Origin: Camelus dromedarius | Lineage: Eukaryota | Length of the DNA: 64,000 nucleotides | Reading direction: 5' to 3' | Assembly: GCF_036321535.1 (NCBI RefSeq) | Contig: NC_087436.1 | Location: 48,486,001-48,550,000, forward strand | Shown here: positions 25,013 through 37,939 of the stretch, one piece after another | How the letters are laid out: every line of letters begins with the position of its first letter | Numbering within the stretch: position 1 is the stretch's first letter | Program-made: the position numbers and the translations under genes | The notes under the pieces: generated by a model | Databases searched by the model: none | Told to the model about the DNA's origin: nothing | The model's input: only the letters and a program-made list of their open reading frames with translations

Positions 25013-26417
25013 TGTGAGATTGTTTTTAATAATATCTGTTTGTGTTTTGCTTTTTGGGCTCTCTAAAGACAGTCCTATCACTCCATTATTGGGAATTGTG
25101 GTTTGGAGTTATGGAGTGAGTTTCTGCAGGAGAATATTGTTTAAAGAGATGTTTAAAAAAAAAGGTCTCATTTTAAAATCACCTTTTATCTTTTTAAGTT
25201 ATACTGTAGGTTTTCTTACTTAAAATTTTTACTACTTAGGTCATAACTAATAACCTTAAACTGTCTAGTCATTCTTTCCTTTATTTATTAAGAAAATATT
25301 TATTGAACACCTTTTCTTCTGGCTGCTTGATATACAAAAGTGGATAAAGTCAGTTCCCATCTTGAAGAAGCTCATTGTTTAATGGGAAAATTTTCTATTT
25401 TGATGGCTCACTTATTAATGTGCATACATTCATAATCTTATAGTTTTGTGTATCAAAACTTGTGGCATAGGCAACAGTTTTCACACTCAAGAAAACAAAA
25501 TTTTGTAACAATAGCCTATCCTTTATTTGTTTAAAAAACCTTTTGCATATAATTAAAATTCATTGCAGAGCTCTAGTATCTTCATCACATGTGATCATTG
25601 CCTTTTGGAGTAGCTTTTAAGAAGCTGCAGTAAACGTGCTTCTTCATTTTGTCTAAGTTTGTATAAGAGAGAAATCTAAAAACAAAACAAACGAAAATTA
25701 CTTTAATTTTGTACCTTTTACTTAAAGGTGCTTTGGGTTTTAGTGATGAATAGAAGAAAGCAAGTGATTTTTCTTAAAGCACATAAAGCATTTCGAAGAG
25801 TTAATGTTTGAATTTTAAATGCTTGGATTGAATTGGTCTTGTGTGCCATTTGGTTTGGCTTACTTTGAAATCTTAGACCCAAAAGGTCTGACCAGAAGGT
25901 ATCAAAGAGAAAAATATGAAACATTAGCCAGGAAAAATAAAGTGATCAAACAGCTAAGGCATGAAAGAAAACATTTACACCAGAAGAAGCTTGCAGTTGG
26001 TTCAAAAGACAAATATTAAGAAACAACAAAGTAAAATGTTAACATCTGTTTCAAAATATTGTAGAGTCAGAAATTGGACATTTATTTCAGTTGGCCAGTA
26101 GCTTAATACCTTGTTAAAACATCAAACAGATGATGAAAAGCACGTATATTTATTTCAGCAGTCAGTACTCACAGCAGAGTTCTGGTAATTTTCTTTGGGT
26201 GTTAAAGTACTATGCTACAGAAGGGATTCTTGCTAAAAGGAGATAATCTACATTAAAAAAAAATCCTAGGGCTTATTACTTTTATTAATTAATTTAATCA
26301 GTTTTTGATTGGAAGGAAAATTAGAATTCTGGGGGCAAAAGTCACATGCATGCTTCTAGAGATCACCAGTTGGAAGTTTTATTTATTTATTATTATTTTT
26401 GTAATTTAAAGGTAGGT

Positions 26418-26672
26418 TTTATTGAAGTGTAGTCAGTTTACAATGTTGTGTCAATTTCTGGTGTACAGCATAATGTCCCAGTCATACATATACATACATA
26501 TATTCATTTTCATATTCTTTTTCATTAAGGGTTATTATAAGATATTGGATATACTTCCCTGTGCTATACAGAAGAAATTTGTTTTTTACATATATATATA
26601 TATAGTAGTTAATATTTGCAAATCTCTAACTCCCAAGTTTATCCCCTCCCTCCCACTCCAGTAACCATAAGA
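26418..26672 (-). mobile_element. Lineage-specific (artiodactyl/camelid-type) L1 3' end
   Basis: tttattgaagtgtagtcagtttacaatgttgtgtcaatttctggtgtacagc ... ttccctgtgctatacag. Confidence 0.85.
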
Positions 26673-27019
26673 TTGTTTAATGTTACAAACAGTGTTGCTA
26701 AAAATACTATATATTGTGTACATCTGCAAAAGTTTCCCCAAGGAAACTATTTTTTTAGAATGATCTCCATAATATATTTTGTGTGAAAAAGAAAGGGTAC
26801 AGAATAGTGCGTGTTGTGTATGCTTCCCTATGGGACAATGGTGATGGTTGGTCAAATTTATTCATACATGAATATATATGGGTGACTGGAGTATAGAGAT
26901 GGGAAAGAGTCTTACTTTTCAATTTATATGTATTTTACAGATTTTGACATTCCTAGCATTCAAAAGAACAAATACTGTTTTCAGAGATAAAATGTACTTT
27001 AAACAAGAGTTAAGTATAA

Positions 27020-27072
27020 CACAACATTGTAAAATGACTATAACTCAATAAAAAAAAACTATTTAAAAAAAA
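27020..27072 (+). mobile_element. Extremely 5'-truncated L1 (53 bp) with perfect 15-bp TSD
   Basis: cacaacattgtaaaatgactataactcaataaaaaaaaa matches the L1 termini at 19355 and 26418; aagagttaagtataa occurs at 27005-27019 and 27073-27087. Confidence 0.85.
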
Positions 27073-27389
27073 AAGAGTTAAGTATAAAGAAAAGATAGTA
27101 AGGAAGAAGGGAAAACACCTGGAAGCCTGGAAGACTGAAAGAAGACAATGTGTTAACACAGAGGAAAGCAGAGAAAAGAACTAATGTTGTAGAGATAGGT
27201 TTTAAATTACTTGAGACTCATATATTTGCTCTTTATTCCTAGACATAAAGACTTGTATTATGATGGTTAGTTTAGAATTCTTCATAGCAAGAATTGTTAA
27301 TTTATTGCATTGAGCTTTTGCATAGATCTTACTGTACTGACAGTAAAAATGTACTGCTGCATACTTCTTTTCCTGTTTATAGTTTATAG

Positions 27390-27578
<189 letters not shown>

Positions 27579-28009
27579 TAATAAATTAATAAGAATAAGT
27601 TGTATATTTATTAGAAAAATATTTTTGGATAGGAAAGCTATTAAGTAATAATATGTTTTTGCTTTGTAAATTGACCAGACATAAGGAGAAAAGACTTAAA
27701 TCTCAATTTTACTTTTTAAAAAATCCTGCTTAATGATTTTTTTGTATATTATGTTGGTATATATATCTAGAAATGTTTACACTTTTATTAAGTATGAAAA
27801 ATTTACACTTTACTAAGTGAAAAGATTAAACATATTTAGAAAAGCTTACACTGAAACTGCCTACACACTTTGGTATGTTCATACTCTCTTTCTCTTCTGT
27901 GGTATTCTTTCTTTCTCAAATACCTTCTGTCCTGTTCTGTCTCCTATAAGACTCACTTTGTAATTGAGTTTGCTTTTTATGAGGCCTTCCCCAAATATCC
28001 TCTATATTT

Positions 28010-28412
28010 ATTAAGGTAATAAAGACTACACAGCTATTAAAAGCAAAAGAATTAAAAATACAGTAACTTAAAGAACATAGATGTTTTCATCCCTCATTTA
28101 ACTGTCACAGAAAGTTAGAGTGGGCTCTGTTCCACAGTGTCTTGCAGAAACCTAGCCTGTCAGGGTTGGCTCCACCATTCTAACCATCTAATTTCCAAAA
28201 ATATTTTTATCATCTTTTTTAGCCATAGGAAAAGGAGAGGAATGAGTCTTTAAGAAGATGATGTAAAATTGCAAATATCAACTTTGTACTTTTCACTAGT
28301 GACAGTTTACTCATGTGACCACATATAGGTGCAAGAATGGATTTGGAGGGTCAACTAACAGGGTCATGTTCAAAATGAGAATAATATTGAGGGACAACTA
28401 ACATTTTGTCAA
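28010..28412 (-). mobile_element. Old MaLR LTR (MLT1J/K-like)
   Basis: ggctctgttccacagtgtc ... catgtgaccacatataggtgcaag ... gggacaactaac; degenerate. Confidence 0.45.
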
Positions 28413-28684
28413 TCCTGTGTCCAAACACCTGCCAGGATTAGGTCCCTATCTTCTTTGCTCTCCTGTTATAGCATTTGTCACATTTATCTGCTTTACTTGA
28501 ACTATGAGGTCTTTAGAGGCAGACGTTTTTATTATTCATCTATTGTTCTGTCTTCCAAGGGGTTTTTAAAGTATTTTGAAAGTCTAACTCATTGATATTT
28601 ACCGTATCTAAGAGTTAGGTTAACATTATTTTCTTCATTTTGTGCATTTTGAGAATTAATACAACAACAGAAGTAGTAATGCAT

Positions 28685-28940
28685 AATAGCCAAGTTTTGT
28701 GGTTAGACAGAACTGGGTTTGAAATCTAATGCAGGAAAGTATAGTTGTGTGACTTAGGGTAACTAACCCAACTTCTTAAGGCTTTGGCTCCACTCCCATA
28801 AATAGTAGTAGTATCTATATCGTAAAGCTGTTGGAAAAAGTAAATGACATAATGTATATAAAGTACTTGGATACTTAATGTATATAAAGAATTGAGTGTT
28901 GAATTGTGAACAGTCTATAAATGTTAGATTTTATTATTAA
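28685..28940 (+). mobile_element. MIR SINE
   Basis: ttagacagaactgggtttgaaatc ... tgtgtgacttagggtaac ... taaatgacataatgtatataaagtactt. Confidence 0.7.
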
Positions 28941-30277
28941 TTTTAAAATAGTCATAATAACATGGTAGCATACACATTGGTATTGCTTTTTCTAAGGGAA
29001 AGTGCCAGATTTTCTGATTCTTTGCTGTCCTTCATCTAGACCATCTTACTTTTCATTGATTTAAAATGATAGTAAATCTTATTTTTGTTTAAAATCATAG
29101 CCTAAATGAAGAATTTTATTGGAATGTGATTGTGAAGTATATATATAAGTGTAAATGTGAAGTGTATAGCGTTTTCTTTTTATTACCATCACCTGTATTT
29201 AAACTCTTTACTAATGATCTAAGTATGCCTTATATGAGTAATTCAATTTAGCAAATGTTGATGAGTATTTACTGTGTATATAGCAATGCAGTAGTGAATA
29301 AACTGTGATTTAGATGCACTGTCAAAGAGCTTATAATTTAATGTAAATTCATAAACTTTGAAGATAAACACCAGAGAGCTGTGTGAAATCCAAGAAAGTA
29401 AGTATTAATACCGTCACAGAGGCTTCATGACATTTTATGTGCTGCCAAAAGTTTAGACAGTCTAATTTTAGGATGGCTTAAATCTTCCTCTACCTCATCA
29501 AATCTTTAGATTTCATACAAAATATTAAGATATAAATTAATAACACACCAACATTTAACAAAAGGAACTTTTGGTACACTAGAAATTCTAAGGAAATAGA
29601 TGAGAAGCTATAACATTTTGCTAGGAAGCTCTTGCCATATCACCAGAAAGTCAGTACAGCTACTCTGCCACCCAGAAGTTTCCATAGTCCAAAAGATGTA
29701 TAGGAACTCTGTATTAAAAGATGAATGCATATCTGAGAAACACCAAGCATCTGAAGTTGACATCTATGAAAAAGAAACAATGAATAGAATTTACATTCTA
29801 TTTACAGTAGAAAGGACTCTAAAATAAATGTTATGTGTTTTTTAAGAGAGAAAGGAAAAAACTAAATTCATGAAACAAACATAGAAATATAGAAACTAGA
29901 AGTCAAGGACATTTACTGAAAAAAATGAGAACCAGTTAAGAGTTTTAAGAAAAAAAAATCTATTTGTAATAAAGAAATAAAGAACTAAATAGATCAATCA
30001 TAGGAAACTGGACACACTAAACACTGATTAATTCTCCCAGAATATGACACAAAGAGATAAAGAGATTGAAAATATAAAAGAAATTTTCAAAGACAGGGAA
30101 TATAGATTCAGACATTCTAATATTTGTACCAGAAGTAGAAAGTGAAGTTCTCAGTTTGGAAGAACCTACTAATTACCTCGCAAGGCAAGAGAAAAAAATC
30201 ACAACATACAAACAACAACAACAATAAATATCTAGAAATCTCATACTAAACTTTTAGGAGATGACCTATGATGACAT

Positions 30278-30535
30278 AATGGGTAACATTTATTGAGCAC
30301 TTTGTAAGTGCCAGGTACTTGTATAATCTATTTACATCTATTATCTCAATCAATACTCACACCAGCCTTACAAAGTTTATCTAGTTACTGTCTTTACTGT
30401 ACAAATTAGGAAACTGAGGTACAGAGAGGTTAAACAACCTGTCCTGGTTACATAATAGTAAGCAGTTAAGCAGATTTGTATCCATCAATCTGTATCCAAA
30501 GCTTTACACACCTTTAACCAACACACTAAGCTGCC
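30278..30535 (-). mobile_element. MIR SINE inside an old L1 ORF1-like sequence (about 29700-30770)
   Basis: catttattgagcactttgtaagtgccagg ... ggaaactgaggtacagagaggttaaacaacctg. Confidence 0.8.
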
Positions 30536-30772
30536 TTTTACTAAGCTCTGGTGTCTTTATCAGTGTTAATGAGAGAATCTTAAAGTATGCCAGAAAGAAA
30601 AGGCATATTACCTACAAAGAATATCAGTTAGATTGGCACTGAACTTCTTAGCAGTGTGAATGCAAGAAAACAGTGGCCAATACTATCAAAGTGCTAAGAG
30701 AAAATAATTTTGAATTTTGAATTCTTTAACTCACAAAATTAACATTCAGAAGTGAGAATGAAATAAAGGATA

Positions 30773-31094
30773 CAGTCTGCCCTCTGTATTCTGTTGCATC
30801 TACGAATGCAACCAACTTCAGATTGAAAACATTTGAAAAAAAATTTCCAGAAAGTTCCAAAAAGCAAGACTTGAACTTGCCATACGACAGCAACTGTTTA
30901 CATTGATTTACATCTATTTACATATTATTTGCATTTTATTAGGTATTATAAGTAATCTAGAGATGATTTAACATGTACAGGAGGATATGCAAGTATTACA
31001 CAATCTTATATAAGGGACTTGAGCAACAGTGGATGTGGGTATCTGAGTGGGTCCTGGGACCAACCAACCCCCTGTGGGTAGCAAGAAGTGACCA
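30773..31094. mobile_element. MER2-like MITE (TcMar-Tigger)
   Basis: TA|cagtctgccctctgtat start; ttccagaaagttccaaaaagcaag, taggtattataagtaatctagagatgattta, ataagggacttgagca. Confidence 0.8.
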
Positions 31095-31639
31095 TATAGA
31101 ACTTTGATAGACACGAAGAGAAAATTACTAGTAAGGAAATAACATGAGTCAGTCTGTAGGCCTATGTAGGCCCAGTGTAATCAAATTTACCTGCTTTGTG
31201 TGTCTATGTGTGTGCGTCTGTGTGTGTGTTCATCACAGGGTAGGTAAGTAGTAAGTAGTAAGCATTTAGACTGAAAAGTTATAGTGGAGCCATATCCTAG
31301 AAGACTTTGAATGCTGTATTGAGAAGTATATATTTAGTTATATAGGGTATGTGGGACCATTTAAAGTTTTTAAACAAGATATTGATGAAATCAAACCTGC
31401 ATTTTTAGAAGGTTAATATTGATAATAGTATAAGAAATTGAGAAAAAAGAAGAATGGCAACTTTTTTCAATGATCTCTCCACTTGTAGTTCTATTTCAGT
31501 AAGTTCTTAAGAAAGTGTTTCCTCTCTATTAAAAAAAAAAGAAAAGCAGTCTCTTTCTCTACATAAAGACCAGGTTATCTTCTTAAGCCTTCTCCTTCTG
31601 AGCCTGTTTAAAGGATCATAGAAGTTTAATTTGATTATA

Positions 31640-31870
31640 ATAAGAAAAACATAGCAGTAGCCAACATTTATGAAGTGTTTTCTTTGTGCAGAAAATGCTA
31701 AGTGTTTTTTTATACATTATATAACCCTCACTGCAACCTGCATGGCATTCCAGTTTAGAAGTGAGAAAAGTGAACTTAATGTAGTTAAGTAATTTGCTCA
31801 ACATACATGACTTGGGATGAATACTCCAACTTGGCACACAGTAGTTGTTGAACCCATAATCATTGAAGTT
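31640..31870 (-). mobile_element. MIR SINE
   Basis: ccaacatttatgaagtgttttctttgtgc ... gttaagtaatttgctcaa. Confidence 0.55.
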
Positions 31871-32470
31871 GTAAGTGTTTGATTCCAGACTCCATTCCAA
31901 GGAGCCCCTTGAAGCCAATTAATAGGGGACAATTAAAATATAATGCATGTGTCTTAAAGAAATATATCAGGTGCTATGGGAACACAAAGATGGTTGTCTA
32001 AGTCATCGTGGAAAGAGGAAGGAGCATCATGGAATGTTTCCTAATGGAGACAACAGATGACCTGGATTGTGATATATAAGTAAGAATTATTGGGTAGATG
32101 AAAGGGTAATAAGAATCTTTCCGAGGAGTCATCTTGGTCTCTTAATCAAATAAGATTCCTAGTAGCCTGGAGTTTCTCTAGACAACCAGGTATAAGTGAG
32201 TCTCAAAAGTGAAGAATGCTTGAGATCAAGCTAGAATATAATGATCATTAGAAATGTGAAATATTTGAATGTTAAATATTATGCAACTTTTAAAAAAATG
32301 TTATGTCCCCAATGATTTGTCTTTAGTGGAGCTAACTCAAAAAATATAATAAAACCTCTAAAGAGAAATAGAAGTACCTAATAAAATCATTTTCAGCTCT
32401 GAAAAAAAAAAGACCATCATAAGAAAAATGATGTAAATGTTAACAAAATTTCTCTTCCTATTTTATTTAG

Positions 32471-32531
32471 GGAAGAAAATTATTTCAGAGTTTGGATATT
32501 TCTGAAAGACTAAAATTTTTGCTTACATTAG
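32471..32531 (+). CDS. TBCK: TBCK coding exon (61 nt)
   Basis: ttttatttAG ... g|GTaagt; GRKLFQSLDISERLKFLLTL(D). Confidence 0.96.
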
Positions 32532-33667
32532 GTAAGTGTCTCACAATTAATTGTCTTTCAAATGTAGATATAATCTTTAGTGACTGTAATCATGCACATT
32601 GAGGATGTGTTCTTCTAAATAGTGAATACACTGAAATATCTTTACTTTCTTCAAATTTTTTAATGATCAGTGGTAAGCATTAGCAGAACAGTTTAAGAAA
32701 TGCCTTTTGAAATATTATAATAGATCTTTCCTTATTCACTATGGCATTATAATGTGCATGGATACAGTCTTAGCTTTATGATCTAGCCAAGTAAACTAAC
32801 TTGTGAAATCAAAATATGAGAATATAAAATTGTACTTCTCTGTAGCAGTTACCTTCAGACAATGTCTTAACTTTTGAGCTTTCTGTTTGATGAATCATAT
32901 GTGAATACTGTATTGACTAAGGAAGAATATTATTTTTCCTTATAACAACCTCATATATTGTACATGCATATTAGATACAAATATTTGTAATTCAAACTTG
33001 TAAATTTGTGTAATCTACTTAAGAGTAGAATAAATTAAACACGGGTGGTAAAAAGGAGATAGAGCACTTTGTGTAAAAGAGTGACAGATTGGTGTCCAGG
33101 TTAATAAGGTTTACAAATAAGGATATGTACAAGATAATATGTAAATATTAAATAATAATGAATTATAAACAAAATTGCATAAAATTTTACCATATTTACC
33201 ACTTTAATTTCAAAGATTGATAATATAACTATTAAGGAGTCTTGGAGATTTCTAAATGTAGTCTACAGACTAAAACTTACACTTTAAATTCCAGAGAAAT
33301 ATGTGTATATTCTCCAAATTGTGTGTAATAAAAATAGTCTTATAATCATAAAAATATAGTAAAGCCTTTTTAAAGAGTAATATGTGTGAGAGAGAGAGGG
33401 AGAGAGAGAATCTTTACCTCCTTGAATCACTCCTTTATCCCACTATTTAAGCTGCTCTTTTTCAGTAGCTGTGATTCAATTACTGCTTAGTATCTGAAGT
33501 CTTTATTTTTATCAAAACATGTAAGTAAAGTTAACAAAGTCTCAAGCTTTTTAATACTCCAAGTTCCAAAACTGCATTATGCAATTAAAAAAATTTTATC
33601 AGAGCTCAATTTCCATTTGATAAATTAGAAAAGCAGCTTTAATTCATATGATTTTTCTCTTTTATAG

Positions 33668-33729
33668 ACTGTGTAGATGACACTATAATAGTTTTGGCTG
33701 AAGAGCATGGTTGTCTGGACATTATAAAG
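33668..33729 (+). CDS. TBCK: TBCK coding exon (62 nt)
   Basis: tttatAG ... aag|GTttgt; (D)[20 protein letters not shown]. Confidence 0.95.
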
Positions 33730-33978
33730 GTTTGTCACAAATCTGCTATTGAAAATTTATTTTGCATACGTGGGATCCAGTAGCAAACTGTTTTATAGCT
33801 GTGTTTATTTCTCTACATATTTGCTGTTTCACAGAGTGACAAACTAATATGAATTTGTATAAAGTCCAAATAAAGACTTTCAAAACATGTCGGAACGTCC
33901 TTAAGTAGCAAACATTTAAGTAATGTAAAATTTTAAGTGGATCATTTAAAATAGTTCTTTTCTCTCTTTATTTACCAG

Positions 33979-34040
33979 GAACTTCCTGAAAATGTGATAG
34001 ATCTTTTGAAGAAGTGCCTCACCTTCCACCCTTCCAAGAG
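33979..34040 (+). CDS. TBCK: TBCK coding exon (62 nt)
   Basis: tttaccAG ... ag|GTtgat; [20 protein letters not shown](R). Confidence 0.95.
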
Positions 34041-35024
34041 GTTGATATTAAGAGTTTGGGATTATTACTGAGATCCTAACATATAAGTAGTGAATTTTTT
34101 AATACTAATGGATTAAATAAGAATATTTAAACTTATAGTAATATGTAATTTATATCAGTACCATAACTGTTAGTTATGGTTTTAATGTATGGTAATAAAA
34201 GAAGAAAAAGTAATTAAACCATGGTCAGAAAATGAGCATATACCAAAGAAGTTACTAGTTCATTTTCTAGCCTCCAATTAGAAAATCAGCTAAACTGTGG
34301 AATGTAGATATTCCACAAATGATATGAGATACAAATGATATGATACAAGTGATATGAGAAAAAATGAGAACAAAAGTTTATTGGCAAATATGTATTATAG
34401 AAAAGAACCCAGATAAACCATGAGATGAGTTAACAATCATTGATAATATAAAAGGATTTCTTAGAAGTTGTATTATTTATTTTCATTTGATGATGTCACT
34501 GTTAGCCATACAGTTATCCCTAAACTCTGTATGTATGTAATATTTGAAAATAATGTATTCCAATTTGTCTTTAGAAAAACATCTTTATTAAGATGTGTTA
34601 GGAAGAGAGGAATGGTATTTAAAGCATAGCTTGGGGTAAATATACCACATTAAACTAAGACTAGGAAGAAAACCAAAAGTATTATCAGTTTAAATTTTTA
34701 TTACTTAATTAAGATATTCAGTAAAGGAGGTACATGATGGTCAAGCTAAAAGTAAACAGTGGAGATACTCATATGTAATAACTTTTGATACATCATAAAT
34801 TTAGTACAAAAAGCACAACAAAGGTAAAAAAATTCAGCATTTACTTGCAGTCACTTGATTATTTTTTAAGACTCTACTAAGACTCTAATAAAGGAGAGCT
34901 TTATTATTTTCTATACTAATAAGGTGTTTAAGACTTTTAACTATCCACTTGAAGATGTGCCATTATTCTAGGGTAATTTTGAAGACTTTCATTCATGCTG
35001 TGCATTTTAAATGTGTTTCTTAAG

Positions 35025-35173
35025 GCCAACCCCGGATGAATTAATGCAGGACAAGGTGTTCAGTGAAGTGTCACCCTTACATATTCCCTTTACCAAACCT
35101 GCCAGCCTGTTTTCATCTTCTCTGAGATGTGCTGATTTAACTCTGCCGGAGGATATCAGTCAGCTGTGTAAAG
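35025..35173 (+). CDS. TBCK: TBCK coding exon (149 nt)
   Basis: tttcttaAG ... g|GTaatc; (R)[49 protein letters not shown](D). Confidence 0.96.
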
Positions 35174-36159
35174 GTAATCATAACTAAGGCAAAGAATATG
35201 AGCCTTGTTTTAAAACCTTGTCCTAGTTTCATTTTTGAACTTATCATCAATATATATATTTACATTAGTGAGATTTTATGGATACTTATCTGAGAATTAA
35301 GAAATAATTCTGGAAGTGGTTAAAATATAACTAAACTTTTAATCCTTTAAATTTAAATTACTTTGGACCAAGAACTTTAAGAATTGAGGAAAGGAAGTAG
35401 TACCAAAAATTTTTTTTATTATGCAAACCAAAGTCCTATTTCATCTCAAATTTAAACCTAAAGTCAAATCATCTAATTTCTGATGGAATTTCCACTAAAC
35501 CAATATTTATACATCATATTGCTTATAATTTATTTTAAATGATCTCAAAAAATCATATTATTGGTAGGAGGTCCATATCATTATATTCCACATTTATAAC
35601 AGAATATCACTTTTTCTCTTTTCATTTCTCTGGTGAAGATTAAAACTCCCAGAATGTGTTTTTTAGGGACACCAGTAAGGTACTTTTATACTGAAAAGTT
35701 ATCATGGCATAAGTCATGCCATAAAATATTTACTAAACATTCATTCAGTCAAATATTTATTGACTTCCTACTACGTTTCGTACACTGTATCTTCAAGTAT
35801 CATTCACGCCAAATGGGGAGGCAGACAAACATTTAGTCTCACAATTGCTATTGTAAATGAAGGTCAATATGAACATAGTGAAGTGGAAGCAAAACCTACC
35901 TGAGACATCAAGAGAGACTTCTCAGAAGAGGCAGCAATTGCCTCAATACACAAAGGATGGGGCAATTTTTGTTGATTCCTTACCCAAACACTTTTTCTTG
36001 CCCTTATTTCTATCCCACAGAGCTCAATATATCTGAGATATATAGGATATATATCCCATATATCTCTGATAAAGAAGGTAAAAATTATACTTTTTCTCAA
36101 AAAAACTGAATGTACAACCAATATGTAAATCTGCGTTTCATCCTCTGTGCATTTTGTAG

Positions 36160-36435
<276 letters not shown>

Positions 36436-37732
36436 TAAGGAAAGAAAACTTCTCTTGGAAATGAGAAAAATCTAGTAATGACATTTTTAAAATTTGATAT
36501 TCTTTTCTTTTGGTAGACATTCCAACAAAGTGATTATGAACGCAATTTGAAGTCAATAGCTTGTTTTCTTGGCTGGAGTTTCTAATTGCAGAGTTCCCAT
36601 CAATGTTTTTATTATTTTTAATAAATATTGTTTTTAATAAAGAATTTACTTTATGATCTATTTGAAATAAAGTTATTATGAAATCTCTCACAGTAATTGG
36701 TGATCAATAAATGAAAAATGTGCAAATTAGAAAAGACAGTAATGTTTAAGAGAGCTAATAAACTAGGCTAGTGTACCCTTTATGAGGAACTATTTTATAC
36801 CTCTAATAATATTTTAAAATGTGCTCAGTGACATCATTACTTGTCTAGAGATCTTCACGGTGCTAATTCACTGTTGAAAAAATCTGCAGAACTGTGTAAG
36901 TTCTTGGACACCATCCTATAAATTACCTAGAAGTTAAATGATAATGCAGTACTATGGGCCAAAATTGCTACTGTTCCCTTGTTCTTCATATTTATTCAAG
37001 AAGTAGAGAACCTGAATCTCTTGCATTTCCACCAGTGCTTTAAAGTTTTAATTTTAGATCCAGGACTAGATTTGATCTTTGTAAGTAACTGTAGAAATCA
37101 TCTGCTGATCATATTTTTCTTCATGTGTTAAATTTTAGGTTAATTGTTTGAATATAGCATTTGTTCTCTATTTTTCCCCCCTTAAACTGATTTTTAAATA
37201 TTAACTTTAATTATGCTGTTCATAGAATGAATTAAGTAGAAAATCAGGAAATAAAATGATGGAAATTCCAAGAATAAATGGTTTGAAGGATATAAAAATT
37301 CTCAAAAGTAATTCTCTAAAACTCTAAACAGACTCCATGCATTTATTATTCAGCATTCTTTCCTCTGAGAAATGATCATCCTTAGCATTTTTCTTTCTTC
37401 TTCCCTTTATCATTTTTTGCTCATATAAACTTCCTCAGGAGCACATTTACATAGTGTCAGGAGAGTAATTTTAGCATTGCACCTGTGTGAACAAAGAGTG
37501 TAAATCATACTTTTGTATTCCTAAAATACTTTATATTTATATACTGTATTTATGCCAACTCAACATATATTTTTAAATGTGAATTGTCTGGAGAAACTTT
37601 GACCAACAGTTACATTTTTTATTAACCCATTCAGTCTAAAATTTCTTTCTTTTGATGAAGAGATTGATGATGTAGAATACATTTTATTTCCTAGAAGAAA
37701 TAATAGATTTCTGTGCTCATTAAAATAATTAA

Positions 37733-37924
<192 letters not shown>

Positions 37925-37939
37925 TAAAAAATAAAACCT

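Noticed and set aside
34160..34180. 9-bp hairpin accataact/agttatggt (similar ones near 35703 and 48758)
   Set aside because: Short stems like these are expected by chance in 64 kb of AT-rich DNA.
34315..34358. Three copies of an approximately 15-bp unit acaaatgatatga
   Set aside because: An ordinary slippage duplication with no spacers; not CRISPR-like.
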